This document shows positions 22,235 through 35,039 of a stretch of DNA of 64,000 nt, one piece after another. Each line of letters opens with the position of its first letter. Within the stretch, counting starts at the first letter, position 1. The notes below the pieces were generated by a model. It saw only the letters and a list, made by a program, of their open reading frames with translations, was not told the DNA's origin and did no database searches. Made by a program: the position numbers and the translations under genes. Origin of the DNA: Gnetum montanum (lineage: Eukaryota; Plantae; Gnetophyta); contig MNCI01000286.1 in assembly GCA_015680685.1 (NCBI GenBank), positions 373,213 through 437,212 on the forward strand, given 5' to 3'.

Positions 22235-24740
22235 TAAACCTATAATTTTAATTTTAAGTAGTCATTGGACCATTTGGAGCAAGTGTTCAAGTGATGTGTA
22301 GAAATCAATTTGAAACCTAACTAATATAAAAGCCATTTGATGGTTTAGGATGGCATTGTTATTGGACACTGGATATTAGAGAAAGAAATAGAGGTATATT
22401 TTTAAAAAATAAGAGTAATCCATGAAGTCATATAAAAGCCACACATAGTGAAAGATGTCAAATGTTTTCTTGGACACACAACTACTATAGGAAATTCATT
22501 GAAAACTTTTCCAAAATTTCTAAATCTATGGTGGAGTTAACAAAAAAATGTAGTATTTGTATGAAACAAGGGATCCAATAGTAGATTGACAAGAGTGTGG
22601 AAGTATTCATAAATGACTCTTCCACCTATATTTTTAATTTCAAGTAGTTATTAGACCATTTGGAGTAGGTGTTCAAGTGATGTGTAGAAATAAATCTCAA
22701 GCCTAACTAATTGAAAAGCTATTTGATGGTTTAGGATGGTATTATTATTGGACACTAGATATTAGACAAAGAAATAGAGGAAGATCTTAAAAAGATAAGA
22801 GTGATCCAAGAAATCATATAGAAGACACACATAGTGAAATATGTCAAATGTTTCCTTGAACACACAAGCTACTATAGGAAATTCATTGAAAACGTTTCCA
22901 AAATTGCTAAATCTATGGTGGAGTTAACAAAAAATGTAGTATTTGAATGAAACAAGGAATGTGATCATGCATTTGAGCTCTTGAAATAGAATCTTATGAA
23001 AACTCTGATTCTAAAAGTTCTTAATTGGTCCAAAACATTTTACATCAAGACTAATGCATCCAAGTTTATCTTGGAAGCTATGCTTACATAATTGGATAAT
23101 AAAAAATGTTCATATTACATTCATTGTAGAAGTATAAGTATGACAAGTGCATTTTTGAACTATGCCATCACAAAAAAAGCTAATGATCATGGTGTATTCC
23201 CTAGAGAAATTTAGGTACCATGTGCTGGGATACCAAGTTTCTATACATCCTAATCACAATGTGATATAATACCTCATGAATAAGCTAGTAATTAGTCTTT
23301 GTATTATATAATGGTGAGTCATTTTATAATAGTTTGACATCATCATTATTTATATAAATGATAATGAGAATGTTGGAGCTAATCACTTATCTCATTTATG
23401 ATGGGATAAAAAAATTAATAAAGAGCCACTATCTGATCAATTTTTCAATGAGCTATTATTTGCAAAGGTAGTAATAATGACATCTGATGTATTCAAGTAA
23501 TGATATGCTAATTATCTTACTTATTTGCTCAAGTAGGAGATTTCTACTGAATGGGATAGATGTAGAAAATAGAAATTCCTATACCAAGTCAAATACTACA
23601 TGAAAATAAAGGGTACCCTCTATAAAATTTGCATAGATGACTTGCTGTAATGGTATATTCTATAGGAAGATTAATACAAAATTCTCCATTATGCTCACAA
23701 AGGATATTTTGGAGGCCATTATGTAGGAATAAGGATGACCATAAAAATCTTCATGGTAGGATAGTTTTGTTCAAAAATCTTTAGGAATGTCATTTATTTA
23801 TCAATTCTTGTAAAAGATGCTAATGTTATGGTGACATTAATGCATGGATTGGGGGGCCTCAAGAATGGATCTAACCATTGAATCCATTTGACTTATAAAG
23901 AATTGATTTCATATGTCCTATCATACCCATGTCTAATGGGAAGTTCTACATCATCACTGTTATAGACTATTGTAGAAAATGTGTAGAATTAGTAGTAGTA
24001 ATAGATTGTATTACAACATTAGTAGTAAGGGTTTTTGTAGAATAGGTGGTAAATATGTTTGGTATGCTAAGAGCACTTATTTCTAATAATGGTACCCATT
24101 TTATAAGTGTCACTTTTAATAAGCTAATGAGATGCTTAGGGGTAGGACACAAACTGACTATACATTACTATCTCCAAGCCAACTAAGATAGCCAACAAGG
24201 ACATTACATGAATCCTCATGAGAAAAATTAGCAAATATAAAAGATACTAGAGCACAAAACTAAATAATGACTTCTGGACCTATTGCTCCACCTAGAAACT
24301 TTCTATTGGCTACTTCCCTTATGGGCTAGTGTATAAAAAGCTATCAAAACTTTCTATTCAAACTAAGCTATGTATACTAAATACAGTTGATAAGCTTGAT
24401 CTCAACATTATCCTAGCATAGAAAAAACATCTAATGAATCTCAACATTCTAGATAAAACCCAAAGAGTAGCACTCATGATGAATGATGTACATAAGACCT
24501 ACACAAAGCAATAACATGATGCTAGAATTAGATGAGTAGAATTTTGACCTAGAGACAAGGTTCTTTACTAAAGATTCATTCATATACCTCAATGTACCAA
24601 ATTCCAAATATAATGGGAAGGAATTTACATTGTACATTTTACCTTCATATTTGACACCTTGCAAATATACCATTATGACTATTTGCAAACATTCATATTG
24701 GTCAACATGCAATAAGTTAAACTCTTTAATGAATCCTAGG
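22235..24740 (+). pseudogene. Element A pol continuation: RT C-terminus, RNase H, integrase
   Basis: TNAS (TDAS) RNase H motif ~23050; GGHY..C..C zinc finger ~23710-23820; IDF, DYC.K.VE, ISNNGTHF and YYLQAN integrase core; many stops. Confidence 0.85.
22581..22956 (+). repeat. Second, uninterrupted copy of a ~375 bp tandem duplication in element A RT (first copy = 2793-2832 + 22235-22570)
   Basis: TAGATTGA.AAGAGTGTGGAAGTATTCATA...ATGAAACAAGG occurs twice; only the first copy holds T1. Confidence 0.88.
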
Positions 24741-26959
24741 TAGCCATGCATTCTAAAGATATATCTACTAATTTTAAGTTCTATTTCAACTTTCATATCC
24801 CTACTTTTCAACCTACTTATGAGGAAGATATCTATCCCAATTAACACCTTGTGAGATCCAATTTTTTACTTTTTGTAATAACATTATTTTACTTTTATTT
24901 CTTATGAATATTCCTTTTCTTTGAGACATTTTACATTTTATTTTTTATGTTTTATGTTTTATGTTTTATATTTATGTTATCTTTGAATCATTCCATGAAT
25001 TTTTGTTAATAAAAATTATCGCTTTTGTGTAGATGTTAACTTTGTTATTTGGACTATGTCCTATGTTATTAAGATATTGGGTAAATAATTATGTAAATTA
25101 GTGAAATCATGTTATTCATTCTTCCAAATTATATGAATATAAGGTTCTTATCTTGAAAGTAAAATGGTTCTTATCATATGAAACCAAAATTAATCTATGA
25201 TCATTATGCCTTGAAGAAAAGTAAAAGCATTGAGAGGAAATGGAAAAGGATGTGACATTAAGAGGATTTTTTGATTCTTTAAACTTCCTTTATGAACCAT
25301 ACTACTCTATGTGGTTATGTCATTACTCATGTTTTAATTGTGATGGAAGCATGTTCTTTAAAAAAAATTTATCTTATTATATCACTGGAAAGACATATGA
25401 CTATTGCCTAAAGATAGTCCTTTGGTAAGGATTATATATTAATTAATTAGAATATGCAAAATATTCTTGGCATAACACTTAAAAAATATGGGACCCATGG
25501 CTAAAGGTAAGCTACTTCCAAGAATCCCATGATCTATTGGACTAGTTTCATCATGTGGTTAGATACACATATGACCCATGTCTAATGGTGCATGGAAAGA
25601 CATATAACCCATGCTTGAAGGCACCTCTCTAACTAATGGCTAAGAGCCCTCAAACTAAATGTATTAATTAATTAGTTATAACATGAATCTAATATCAACT
25701 TCCCAATTTTATTTTATGGAGTGATGGTCCCTTCATGTGGCTATGGTTGATTTAATGATGATGACTCTGAGATGACGTAATACAATGTCATTGGTAGCTA
25801 TATGGACTTGAATTAAAACTTTGACATATAGGTATGAGGATAATTATAATCATAATTGACATAACAACATATTGTGGATATGGTAAGGTACCTTATGTCT
25901 TGATTCCTATAATTCCTTTTCATTCCATTTCCATCTTACGATTACATATAATTATGAACTTAATGGTTTTATTTAGTATAGTATAGGGTCTCAACAACAC
26001 TAATTATATGGATGTGAAATATAAACTTGATCAATATTTAATATTTAGTGTACCCATGAATACCTTTTGAGATTGTTATAAAAGGGCATTTTAGGTAGAA
26101 GTCTCCTTTGGAAAGTATTCGCTTACATAACTAATGGAGATCTAGCATATGAACCACCTTCACATGTCCAAGTCATTTTGGCATAGTTTAATTGATTATT
26201 TCACATCACCATTTGTCAATGTTTTTCTATTCTATGAAGTAACACTTTGGCAACCATTATTTTTATGATTTATGCTTCACAAATTTGCCAAATCCATCAT
26301 CAACACTTATTCTCATTGTCTTCATCACCTTCATGCTTAATGATCCTTTATTTAGCTCTTATTTGATCCCAGAATTACATAGAAATTCCCATGAAAATCC
26401 AAGAAAAAGTGGTCATAACACCTCCGTCAATGCTATTATGTAAATGTAATGGGATTTGTTAATGAAGCCTCATCAATGCATCAACATTGACATAGTATAA
26501 AGATGTTGTATATACCCATTGATACTTAGTCAAATTTTCATGTATTTCTGATTTTGCAAGGGGATTTTTTATTGTTTCAAAAATCCTAAGCCTTGCAATT
26601 ATGATATGCTGCGAACCAGATATCCAAATTAAATTATTTAAATGCTTGGGAGCTCCTAAATTTGATCTATACATTATGGGGACAAGATACCTATAGTTTG
26701 AAATCCTTAAGAAATCCCATATTTTGAACAACTAAGATAGTTAGTACTAGTAATGATTAAAATAATGGAAAAATTAAGGACAACTAGTGACCTTAGGACA
26801 TCCAAGATGTGTACTGCAATCACTTAAAGCCATTAGTGCTAAAAGTTTTTAAATTTAAACTAATTCAAAGTATAATTAGAAATTATAATGCTTAGAAATA
26901 GTAACTAAGAACTAATAATTGATTATTTATGTTATTATAGATTACACTAAAGAGAGTCT

Positions 26960-27534
26960 CGAAGATGGATGGTTCATCCTAGAGAAGGGATAAATGACTA
27001 AGAGAAGGATGTGGATAGCTAGAGCTTAAGGATAAATCCATCCATGCAACTGGGCCAACAAGAGAGCAATCTAAGGTGGAATCTATTAGGCAAATTTCCA
27101 CTACAAACACAAGGTAGTCATGATAAGATGAGACATCCATATAGAGATCATGCACTCTTGAAGTGGCTTTCATTAAAGACTATCCTAAGAAGTTCATAAC
27201 CAAGAAGATCTAGAATGTTATTATTCAAGAACCAAGTTTTGAATACTTCTTGGGGTTTGCACCCTAAGAGATCCAAGAATAAAAATAGGTATCTCCATTA
27301 TGATCCACCATTTCAACTAATGGAGAATGGTACCTTGTAGAGATGTATCTCTTTTGGAATAATTACTAGGGAGATGTGACTATTAAGATCAAGAATATTA
27401 CCATCTCTTATTTGGTGAAGGCCACTGTAGAAGCCTATGAATCCCAAATGTGGGAACCAAATTGGCAGAAGCATCCATACAATCAAATAATAAGAGCAAG
27501 AAGGGGTATAAAGAATCTACTTCAAGATATTTGT
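26960..27534 (+). pseudogene. Element A extra (Athila ORF2/env-position) ORF, 5' part
   Basis: PL*STI..NGEWYL...LFWNN...KA....IPN..K.A aligns with B's ORF PLWPIL.DSGDWYL..HQF*HN...KAI....LPN..K.A. Start coordinate approximate. Confidence 0.65.
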
Positions 27535-28408
27535 TGATGAGTCATCATTGTGTCAGCCTTGATATCATATACTTGATATCGAGGATCTGATATTAGACAC
27601 ACGATATCAGGTCCCAAGAAACGATGTTGGATATCCAATATCATCTCTTCCATGCTAGCTTATAAATACAACACTTGGGTGCACAATTGGGACATAGTTT
27701 TAGTTCTTAGTTCTTGATAGTCTTTCTTGGATTCTCAAATTTAAGTTCTGTTATTCCTAGTTTATGCTTGCATTGTGATGTTTGTAATTGTATGGCACCT
27801 TTGTTTGAGCTTAATGTACTTGGACATGTTACATGACTAGAAATAAAGATAGATATTACTTCCATCGTTACAACATTCACTTAGACTTATTATTACTTTA
27901 ATTATTTAATTATTTACTATGTTCTTTAGTTAATGTTTCCATTTATTACTATTATTTTTATTAAGTGGAATGAGTACGACTTAATCATGAGCACTTAAGT
28001 GTAAATACTTGGTAATCCAACAGTGTATCATTTGGCACACTCAGTGACGTACGCTTGGCAATCCCAGCAGCAGTTATATGAAGTCCAAGGCATGTACGAA
28101 TGATTAGAAATAGATACTCATCACACATAGGCTAGTTTAGATCTTCTTTTCCATTGTTCATTAGCTTAATTAATTTATTTCTTTACCATCATTAGGAGCA
28201 GCATAGGATTAGACAACATCATATGCCTCACGTTGGACTAAACCATACATGACAAAGCTACCACTACTCCAAGTGGGAAGACAGTGAAATGTGATCAAAG
28301 CATAACAATTTAGATGCACAACTAGTCTCATCCATAGAATTTGACTGAACCATGCATGAACGCTTATGATTCGTATGGTCGGATGTAGGCGTACCTCATC
28401 ACTCATCA
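27535..28408 (+). repeat. B 5' LTR
   Basis: Colinear with 55090-55976; GATATC repeats followed by TATAAATA at 27661. Confidence 0.95.
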
Positions 28409-28409
28409 T

Positions 28410-28427
28410 TAGCGTCGTTGTTGGGGA
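28410..28427 (+). other. B primer binding site (tRNA-Asp type)
   Basis: TAGCGTCGTTGTTGGGGA is a transition-decayed form of the Athila PBS TGGCGCCGTTGCCGGGGA. Confidence 0.8.
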
Positions 28428-29089
28428 TGGTGCTAGTTATCTAGATTAGTTATATCATACATGATCATTGTAAATGCATAATGATATATCTTTCAGAAAA
28501 TATCAAATCACACACACCATAAACCAGCAACAATGTCTCTTTCACAAGGAAGCAATAATGTACTATATAACGAAAACCTTCATTAGAGAACTAACAAGAT
28601 ATATGATGAAGAAAATTGAAGTGACCAACCTTATGCAAGGGTTTCTTATGTTCATGAAAACCCTAATGACACTCAAAGACTACATTCACCTAAGGTAGAT
28701 AACCTTAGAGGAGATGAAGTAAGTCCTAGACCAAAGGAAGCCTTAAGGCCTAAGACCTTGTCAAAATTTAGAAAGGATAAATCAATGAACCCTAGGGAAC
28801 ACCATAGAAGCTATGGTAGTCCTTCTTGTTTTGCATCTTCCTCTTCCCTTTCACTGTCTAGTTTTGATGAAGATGAACATTGGTATGAAGATAAAGCTCC
28901 ACTACAAGGTCAGAATAGAAACAAAAATTGAACAGCAGAAAATCTCGTGGTTATCAACATGAACATAGAAAAAATCATTACCATTAACCATATGGGAATT
29001 TCCCTCATAACCTATCTGACGATGATGAACCCTTTTTGGCCACTAAGAGCCTGATACAGATCACACAGGTAGTTAAGATATCTTGCTAG

Positions 29090-30100
29090 CATGACAAAGA
29101 GACTCATCTACCTAGACTTGATATGAATAACATTCCTAAATTTGTAGGAGGCTATGATTCAGATTCACACCATCATTTACAAGCCTTCCATGATGCCTAT
29201 GTCTGGTACAACATTAAAAGTGGGTGGCAAAAGCTTAAGCTCTTTCCTAGGACACTAATTAATACAGCCGAAGTGTGGTATAGATCGTTAAAACCAAATT
29301 CAATCTGATGATGGTCCACAATGTTGGAACTTTTCAACAAGAAATACTAAACCTATGCAAGGGTATCCAACTTGAGGAAACAGATCCAAGGGTGGAGAAA
29401 AGAACAACATGAACCCTTGAACATGGCCTTGGATAGATATTATCTCCTATTGAATAAGTGCCTATGCCATGGTTTCTCTAAGAAAAGGTAACTTTTCAAC
29501 ATCATAGATGGGATTCATAATGAAATCAAGGAGACCCTTGGGATGTATTCCCCAGGCTAATTATATGAGCTACAAGTCCATCAAATTTGAGAGCTAATCA
29601 AGCATGTGGCAAACGAAGAAGGAGAGATATGTAAATGGAAAAATGTTGAGAAATACTAGTGAGACCAAACTCTTCAACAAATGGAGGTCCATATCTATGG
29701 TAAGGAGAAAGAAACTGCTCTCAATAAGATGATCCCACAACAAACCTTGTCAATATAAAATTCTATTGATGAACTTAAAGCAAAGTTTAATAAGATGTCA
29801 AATGGATATATGAAAATGTTACAACTCTTGTTGAGATGGTTGAGGAGAGGATCATGCAAAACAAGCCAAGCGATCATAATAAATAAACTATACAAAACCA
29901 AGAAATAGCTAGGAACACTTTTTTGCAAATAAGAAAAATAGCTAAAGGAAGTAAGGCTATAGAATCAACCAAAGATGAAGATAATGGATGTGACATCTAC
30001 ATATATGACCATCTGAAGGGTCATTGTCTGATCTTGTTACATCTACATGAGCATTGGACAGTGCATTAGATCCAAATTTTGTATAGAAGCACATGCCCAA
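29090..30100 (+). pseudogene. B gag
   Basis: IPKFVG..DSHHHLQAFHDA...KLKLFPRTL..TAEVWYRSLKPNSI, then E.L..A.DRY..LL.KC.CHG, typical of Athila gag. Ends approximate. Confidence 0.8.
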
Positions 30101-31189
30101 AAGATTTCCTTTCCCACATGGTAATCATAGATAGCTTCACAACCAACCACACTATCCTAGGGGGATCTATTACTAGCCAAAACACTATCATCAACCACAG
30201 TGGCAACAACCATAGTCATGGGGGAGGCCACCACCAAATTAGTCCTATCCTTCCTACTATCTGAAACCACACAAATATTATGTTCAACACCCTATTTCTC
30301 CAACTAGTTCTATGTCCTCTATTTCAAATTGCCACTACCACTCTCCTAAGTTCCATCAACCCATGACATCCTCGAAGGGATCACCACCTCATGCCTCTTA
30401 CCATCCATCCTACCCTTGATATTCTCATACTCCACCTCATCACATGCCACCACCAAGAACACAAGAAGTTTCAACACCACAATATCAACAAATGAATGCC
30501 ACTTGTGTTGAAAATATGCATAGACATGTTGACACCAGTTGATCTCAACCACCACATTGAAAACATATCTTCTTTAGCAAAGGTTGTAAGCCAAAGAAAA
30601 ATACTCATACCAGCATAATGCTAATCTAGTGCAACACCTTCCTTTTCACCACCACCATCCTCTAACCCTACATAAGGGCCACCATCCACCATTAGTCCAA
30701 TCCCAAACCCAAGAAATGAATTTACAAGCATGGGGAAACAAAAGAATCCATGCATACCATATCATAATCAAGGGTGAAATAGTGGGTCAGACATCCATAA
30801 CGCTAACACACCTCATACCCTAACCCACCATACGTTTAACACTCAAGTGTGTGATCAACAATTTATCTACCCAGCCATCGCAACATCAACAAACATGTAG
30901 TGGCTAGGGAATGAATGGTTATAAATGTTTTATACATGCATAGATCCTATCTATCCATTTATTAATCCTTGTAATAGCCAAATGTTTAGTTGTGGGGGTC
31001 ATGCCCCATTCTAATCTTCAGGATTTATAAGTGTTTTTAATCTTTTTGTTTTACAATTTTTTATCATTTTCTCATTTCTTGATACAATTTTTCTTATTCT
31101 TTTCAACCTTTTCTATTTTTTTTTTCATCTTCTTTGTTAGTAATCTTTCATGTGAATAAAATGTTCATGTTGCCCATTAAGGTGAGGTT

Positions 31190-32967
31190 TTGATGATTAA
31201 AAAAATTGGTGGCTAGAACACCAAGGGGTTCACAGGTGCATAGCCTTGAGCCTACCTCCATGCGAGGGCCTTGTTGGAAAATGGAGGTGGAGTGCCTTGG
31301 ATGGTCTTTTTGATTGAATAGGGACTTTGCTAAGCACAACCGGGGTATTGGATGCAACCAAAGATGGCATGATTAGTTGAAATGTAAGTGTTGATGTTGT
31401 GAAATAATGCTAAGCATTCTAATGGTGTTTTCGATAGTACTAGGGCTAACTAAGCCTAAGTGTAGCTAGGTTTCCTAACATGAGAATGAAGGTCCAAACA
31501 TGCAAAAAACATGTAAAGTAGTGAGGAGATATGAATGCAATGCTAAAATGTCAAAGAAAATGCATCAGAAATGCTTGAAAATGCTAAGGAGTTTAAGAGA
31601 GAGAGAATGGCACTACCCCAATTAGGGAGCATAGCAATTATAAAAGAGAGGTAAGAAGGTACATGGTCCATAGACAGGCATAGTAGCAACATAGCCACAA
31701 TCTCTAGGATGTCTCGAGGTGAAGACTGATGTCCGCTGTGAAGTCTGTGCCTACTAGGTTGGTTGCCGCAGTGTCCTACGAGTTGTGGTGTGCTACGATG
31801 CTAAATGGGCTACAAAGGTATTGCCAAGATGCTGATACACTCTAGTGTGGAGGGTGCTCAAGGTGCCTCAAGTGCTAAGTGGTACTCAAGCGTAATGCCA
31901 AAGATTATCAAATTGCCAAGCAGGTGCAAAATTGTCAACTGAAAATGTCAACTATTTCTTGAATTTTCCAACGAGGTGCCTCAAAATTCCAACCCCTAAA
32001 ATGTGAAATGTAGGGATATTTATAGGATTAGGGTTGATGTAAAGTGTGGATTAGGCCCCGCATGGTAAAGGGAATAGGTGTGGCTACACTGACCTCTACT
32101 ATGCTCCTCCTCGAGTAATAGGTGCTATGCTTTGGTATGCTCCACTAGATCCCAAGAGACTACCAAACTATGGCTATGCTACCAAGACTACAAGTGCCAA
32201 GACTATAATGTACCTACAAATAGTGCAAAATAGTGCAATTTGAAAGCTACACTCTAGGACTATGCTCTTCCCTCTTTCGAATAGAGCCAAGCATAGGTAC
32301 AATTTGGGATAAATGGGGGGTGTAAAAGAAATGCAAATTGTTGATCTTACTTGCTAGAGGAGTGCTAGAGCTAGAATGAATGCCTATGCTAATCTCTAGA
32401 AGCTTTTGGAGATAGTTTCATGTTGTTATGCTAGCTATGCTCTAGAGTATAGCCCAATAGTTAGGCAAATTTTTTAAAAGACTAAAGTCTAACATTGTTA
32501 TGCTTGCTACACTCATGGTGTAATAGGAGGGGATAGGGCATAACATGGACACTTAGAAAAATTTTGTGAAAATTAAAATCCTTGTTCTTGCTATGCTCTA
32601 GAGCTTAGCAAGATGGGTAGCCTCAGGAGTTGGAAAATCTATCAAACTGTTTCTTCCATTTTAAGCTAGCTTGACAACTTCTGGCTTGACACTCATGCAA
32701 ACTAGCCATTAGAGTGCTACTACACTCAAGAGTGTAGTATGAGGGATGGGAGAGTATCAAGGCACTTAGAAAAATTTTTGTGACCATTGTTAACACTTAG
32801 AAAATTTTGCAAACTTGGTTCTATGCTGCATGGTATGCTAGCTACACTCTAGAGCATAGCCCCAGTAGTGGGATCATGGGCCAAACACTTAGAAGAAATT
32901 TACCTCATGCTGACACTTAGGGAAATTTACAGTCAAGGTTCTATGGCCCAAAATTGGTGGTGTTTCA
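31190..32967 (-). repeat. T2 3' LTR
   Basis: Colinear with 49910-51685 and related to the T1 LTRs. Confidence 0.93.
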
Positions 32968-34589
32968 TTGGTCCCTCTTTGTTGATGATTAGAGGAGTGG
33001 CCTGAGAGATGTCAAAAAAGAACCCGAAACACCATGGCAAGCATGGCACCAACATCACTCATCAACACCCAATTAAATGATGCTTCATTGGGCTCAAGAG
33101 TGCTAAAGGAAATGGTATTATAAGGGTAATAAATGTAGAGAATTGGCTTGGGGATAGCAAGGGAGAAACGAGATGCAAATAATGTATTATGCTACAAGAC
33201 ATGGGGTCAGCACGGCTAACCATGATCATGACACCAGGGTGGCTTGTTGCCAAAACAATGACCTCTTGTCAAAGTGCTTGTGAAAGAGCCATTTCCCATA
33301 GCACTAGAATGGATTACTCTTGACATGTTGACCTCTCTTTGAAGTGCTTATGAGAAGGCTAATGCAAATTTAGGGTTGGACTAGTTGCGAAATTGCAAAT
33401 TTACTACTTTTTTTTAGTTTTATGCTCTTTTATTTTGATTTTTGTTTTTTTTCTTTGCAAAATGCTAGCTGCAAGATTCTTATCATCAAGTAGACTACAT
33501 GCCACTTGACAAGATTTGCTTAGAGGTAACCATGTCATGTCTATAGAATAGGTTTTTCCTCCCAGGGATGAGTTGCATTACATCTACTTAGGCTTTGAAA
33601 AACCTACAACGGCTCCCCATGGGATGAGTTGCATTGCATCCATCATGGGTTCTGCGGTCGACTAAAAGAAGAGTGCCATGTGCATCAAAGAAGTTGGTAG
33701 GGTAGGTAAGAAAATGTAAGGTAAAAGGGGTAAATGCAAGTAGGCTATAGTAGGGTAATAGGGATGTGCACTCTTGAGTGACTTGGCAATTCCAACCAAG
33801 CACATCAAAGCAATGTGGTGACTTACCACTGTGATGAAATGTGTCCTTAAACAATCACCTCTAAGGCTTCATCCTACAAACATAAAGCAGAAAAAAAAAG
33901 GAACAACCACACAACATGAGATAAGAGCAAACTACTGGTTGTGAAGGTGTTGCAAGTGCCACGAGTGCTAGGCCAATTACAAGAGCTTGCAGTGCCAAAG
34001 TAGGAAGGCCAATGTGGGTGATGGAGCTAGAAAGTTGTAAAAGCTCTAGTAGCAACACTGGAAGTGAGCACCCAAGGAAGGCTGATGAAGTGACTAGGGG
34101 TGATGTCAATGTCGGTGCTTGAGACTCCACACAAAGGATAGGAACTTGAAAATCTAGCAAAATCGTAGGGAGCCAAGCTACTAGATGCACTTTCAAGCCC
34201 AAGCATTGGTGAGGGCTAGAGGATGGTAGTGCTGCAGCTGGGCCAAAATATTACTGGGACTTCAATGTGTTGTGCTGATGGTGAGAGCGTCAACCAACAA
34301 TGAAATACCCAAGGTTGGTGATGCTATTGGCATGGCCTAGGGGTGGTAGGACTAGCAATGGTCGTAGTAGCTCTAGAAGGTTAGCAAAATGCCCGAGGGC
34401 ATATCTAGAGGATTAACAAAATGCAAATGTTCCAAAGGTATCTTTCTTGATGATGTGAACTCCATTCTGGAACTACAACACCCCACCCCACCCTACCCAA
34501 GAGGCATGGGTAGATGACAAAGGATCGAAACTATTCATGCTCACTTGTCTATAGAACTGTGCATGTTGAACTATGTGTGCTAAACTACA

Positions 34590-35000
34590 AACCCAATTTC
34601 AGGTCCTATTAGACCACATGCTATGCTAGTTTAAGGTCCTAGTAAACCATGAACCTAATTTAAAGTCCTAGAAAACCATGATGTACTAGTTTATAGTCCT
34701 AGTAGACTGCTATGTGCTAGTTTAACATAGTAGCAGATAATGGATGTTGTGCTAGTTTAATGTCATGATGAAAAGATGAGCTATTCCAGTTTATAGTCAT
34801 AGTAGACTTGCTATGCTAGTTTAACATCATAGTGGACGAGTCTATTGTTGATGACAATTTAATTTCATAGCCCAAGGATGTTCTATGCTATTTTATAGTC
34901 ATAGTAGACTATCTATGCCAATTTAACATCATAGCGAATGCTTTGTGCCAATTTAACATCATAGTGGATGTTGTGTGCTAGTCTAATATCATAGCAGACA
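34590..35000. repeat. T2 3' UTR tandem array, ~29-31 bp units
   Basis: GCTAGTTTAA..TC.TAGTAGAC units after the integrase stop. Confidence 0.82.
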
Positions 35001-35039
35001 CTCACTTACCTTACTTTATTGTTGATGTAGCATTGCATA

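Noticed and set aside
34590-35000. ~30 bp periodic arrays as a CRISPR-like locus
   Set aside because: Units are degenerate tandem repeats without unique spacers, there are no cas genes, and the context is a eukaryotic retrotransposon UTR.
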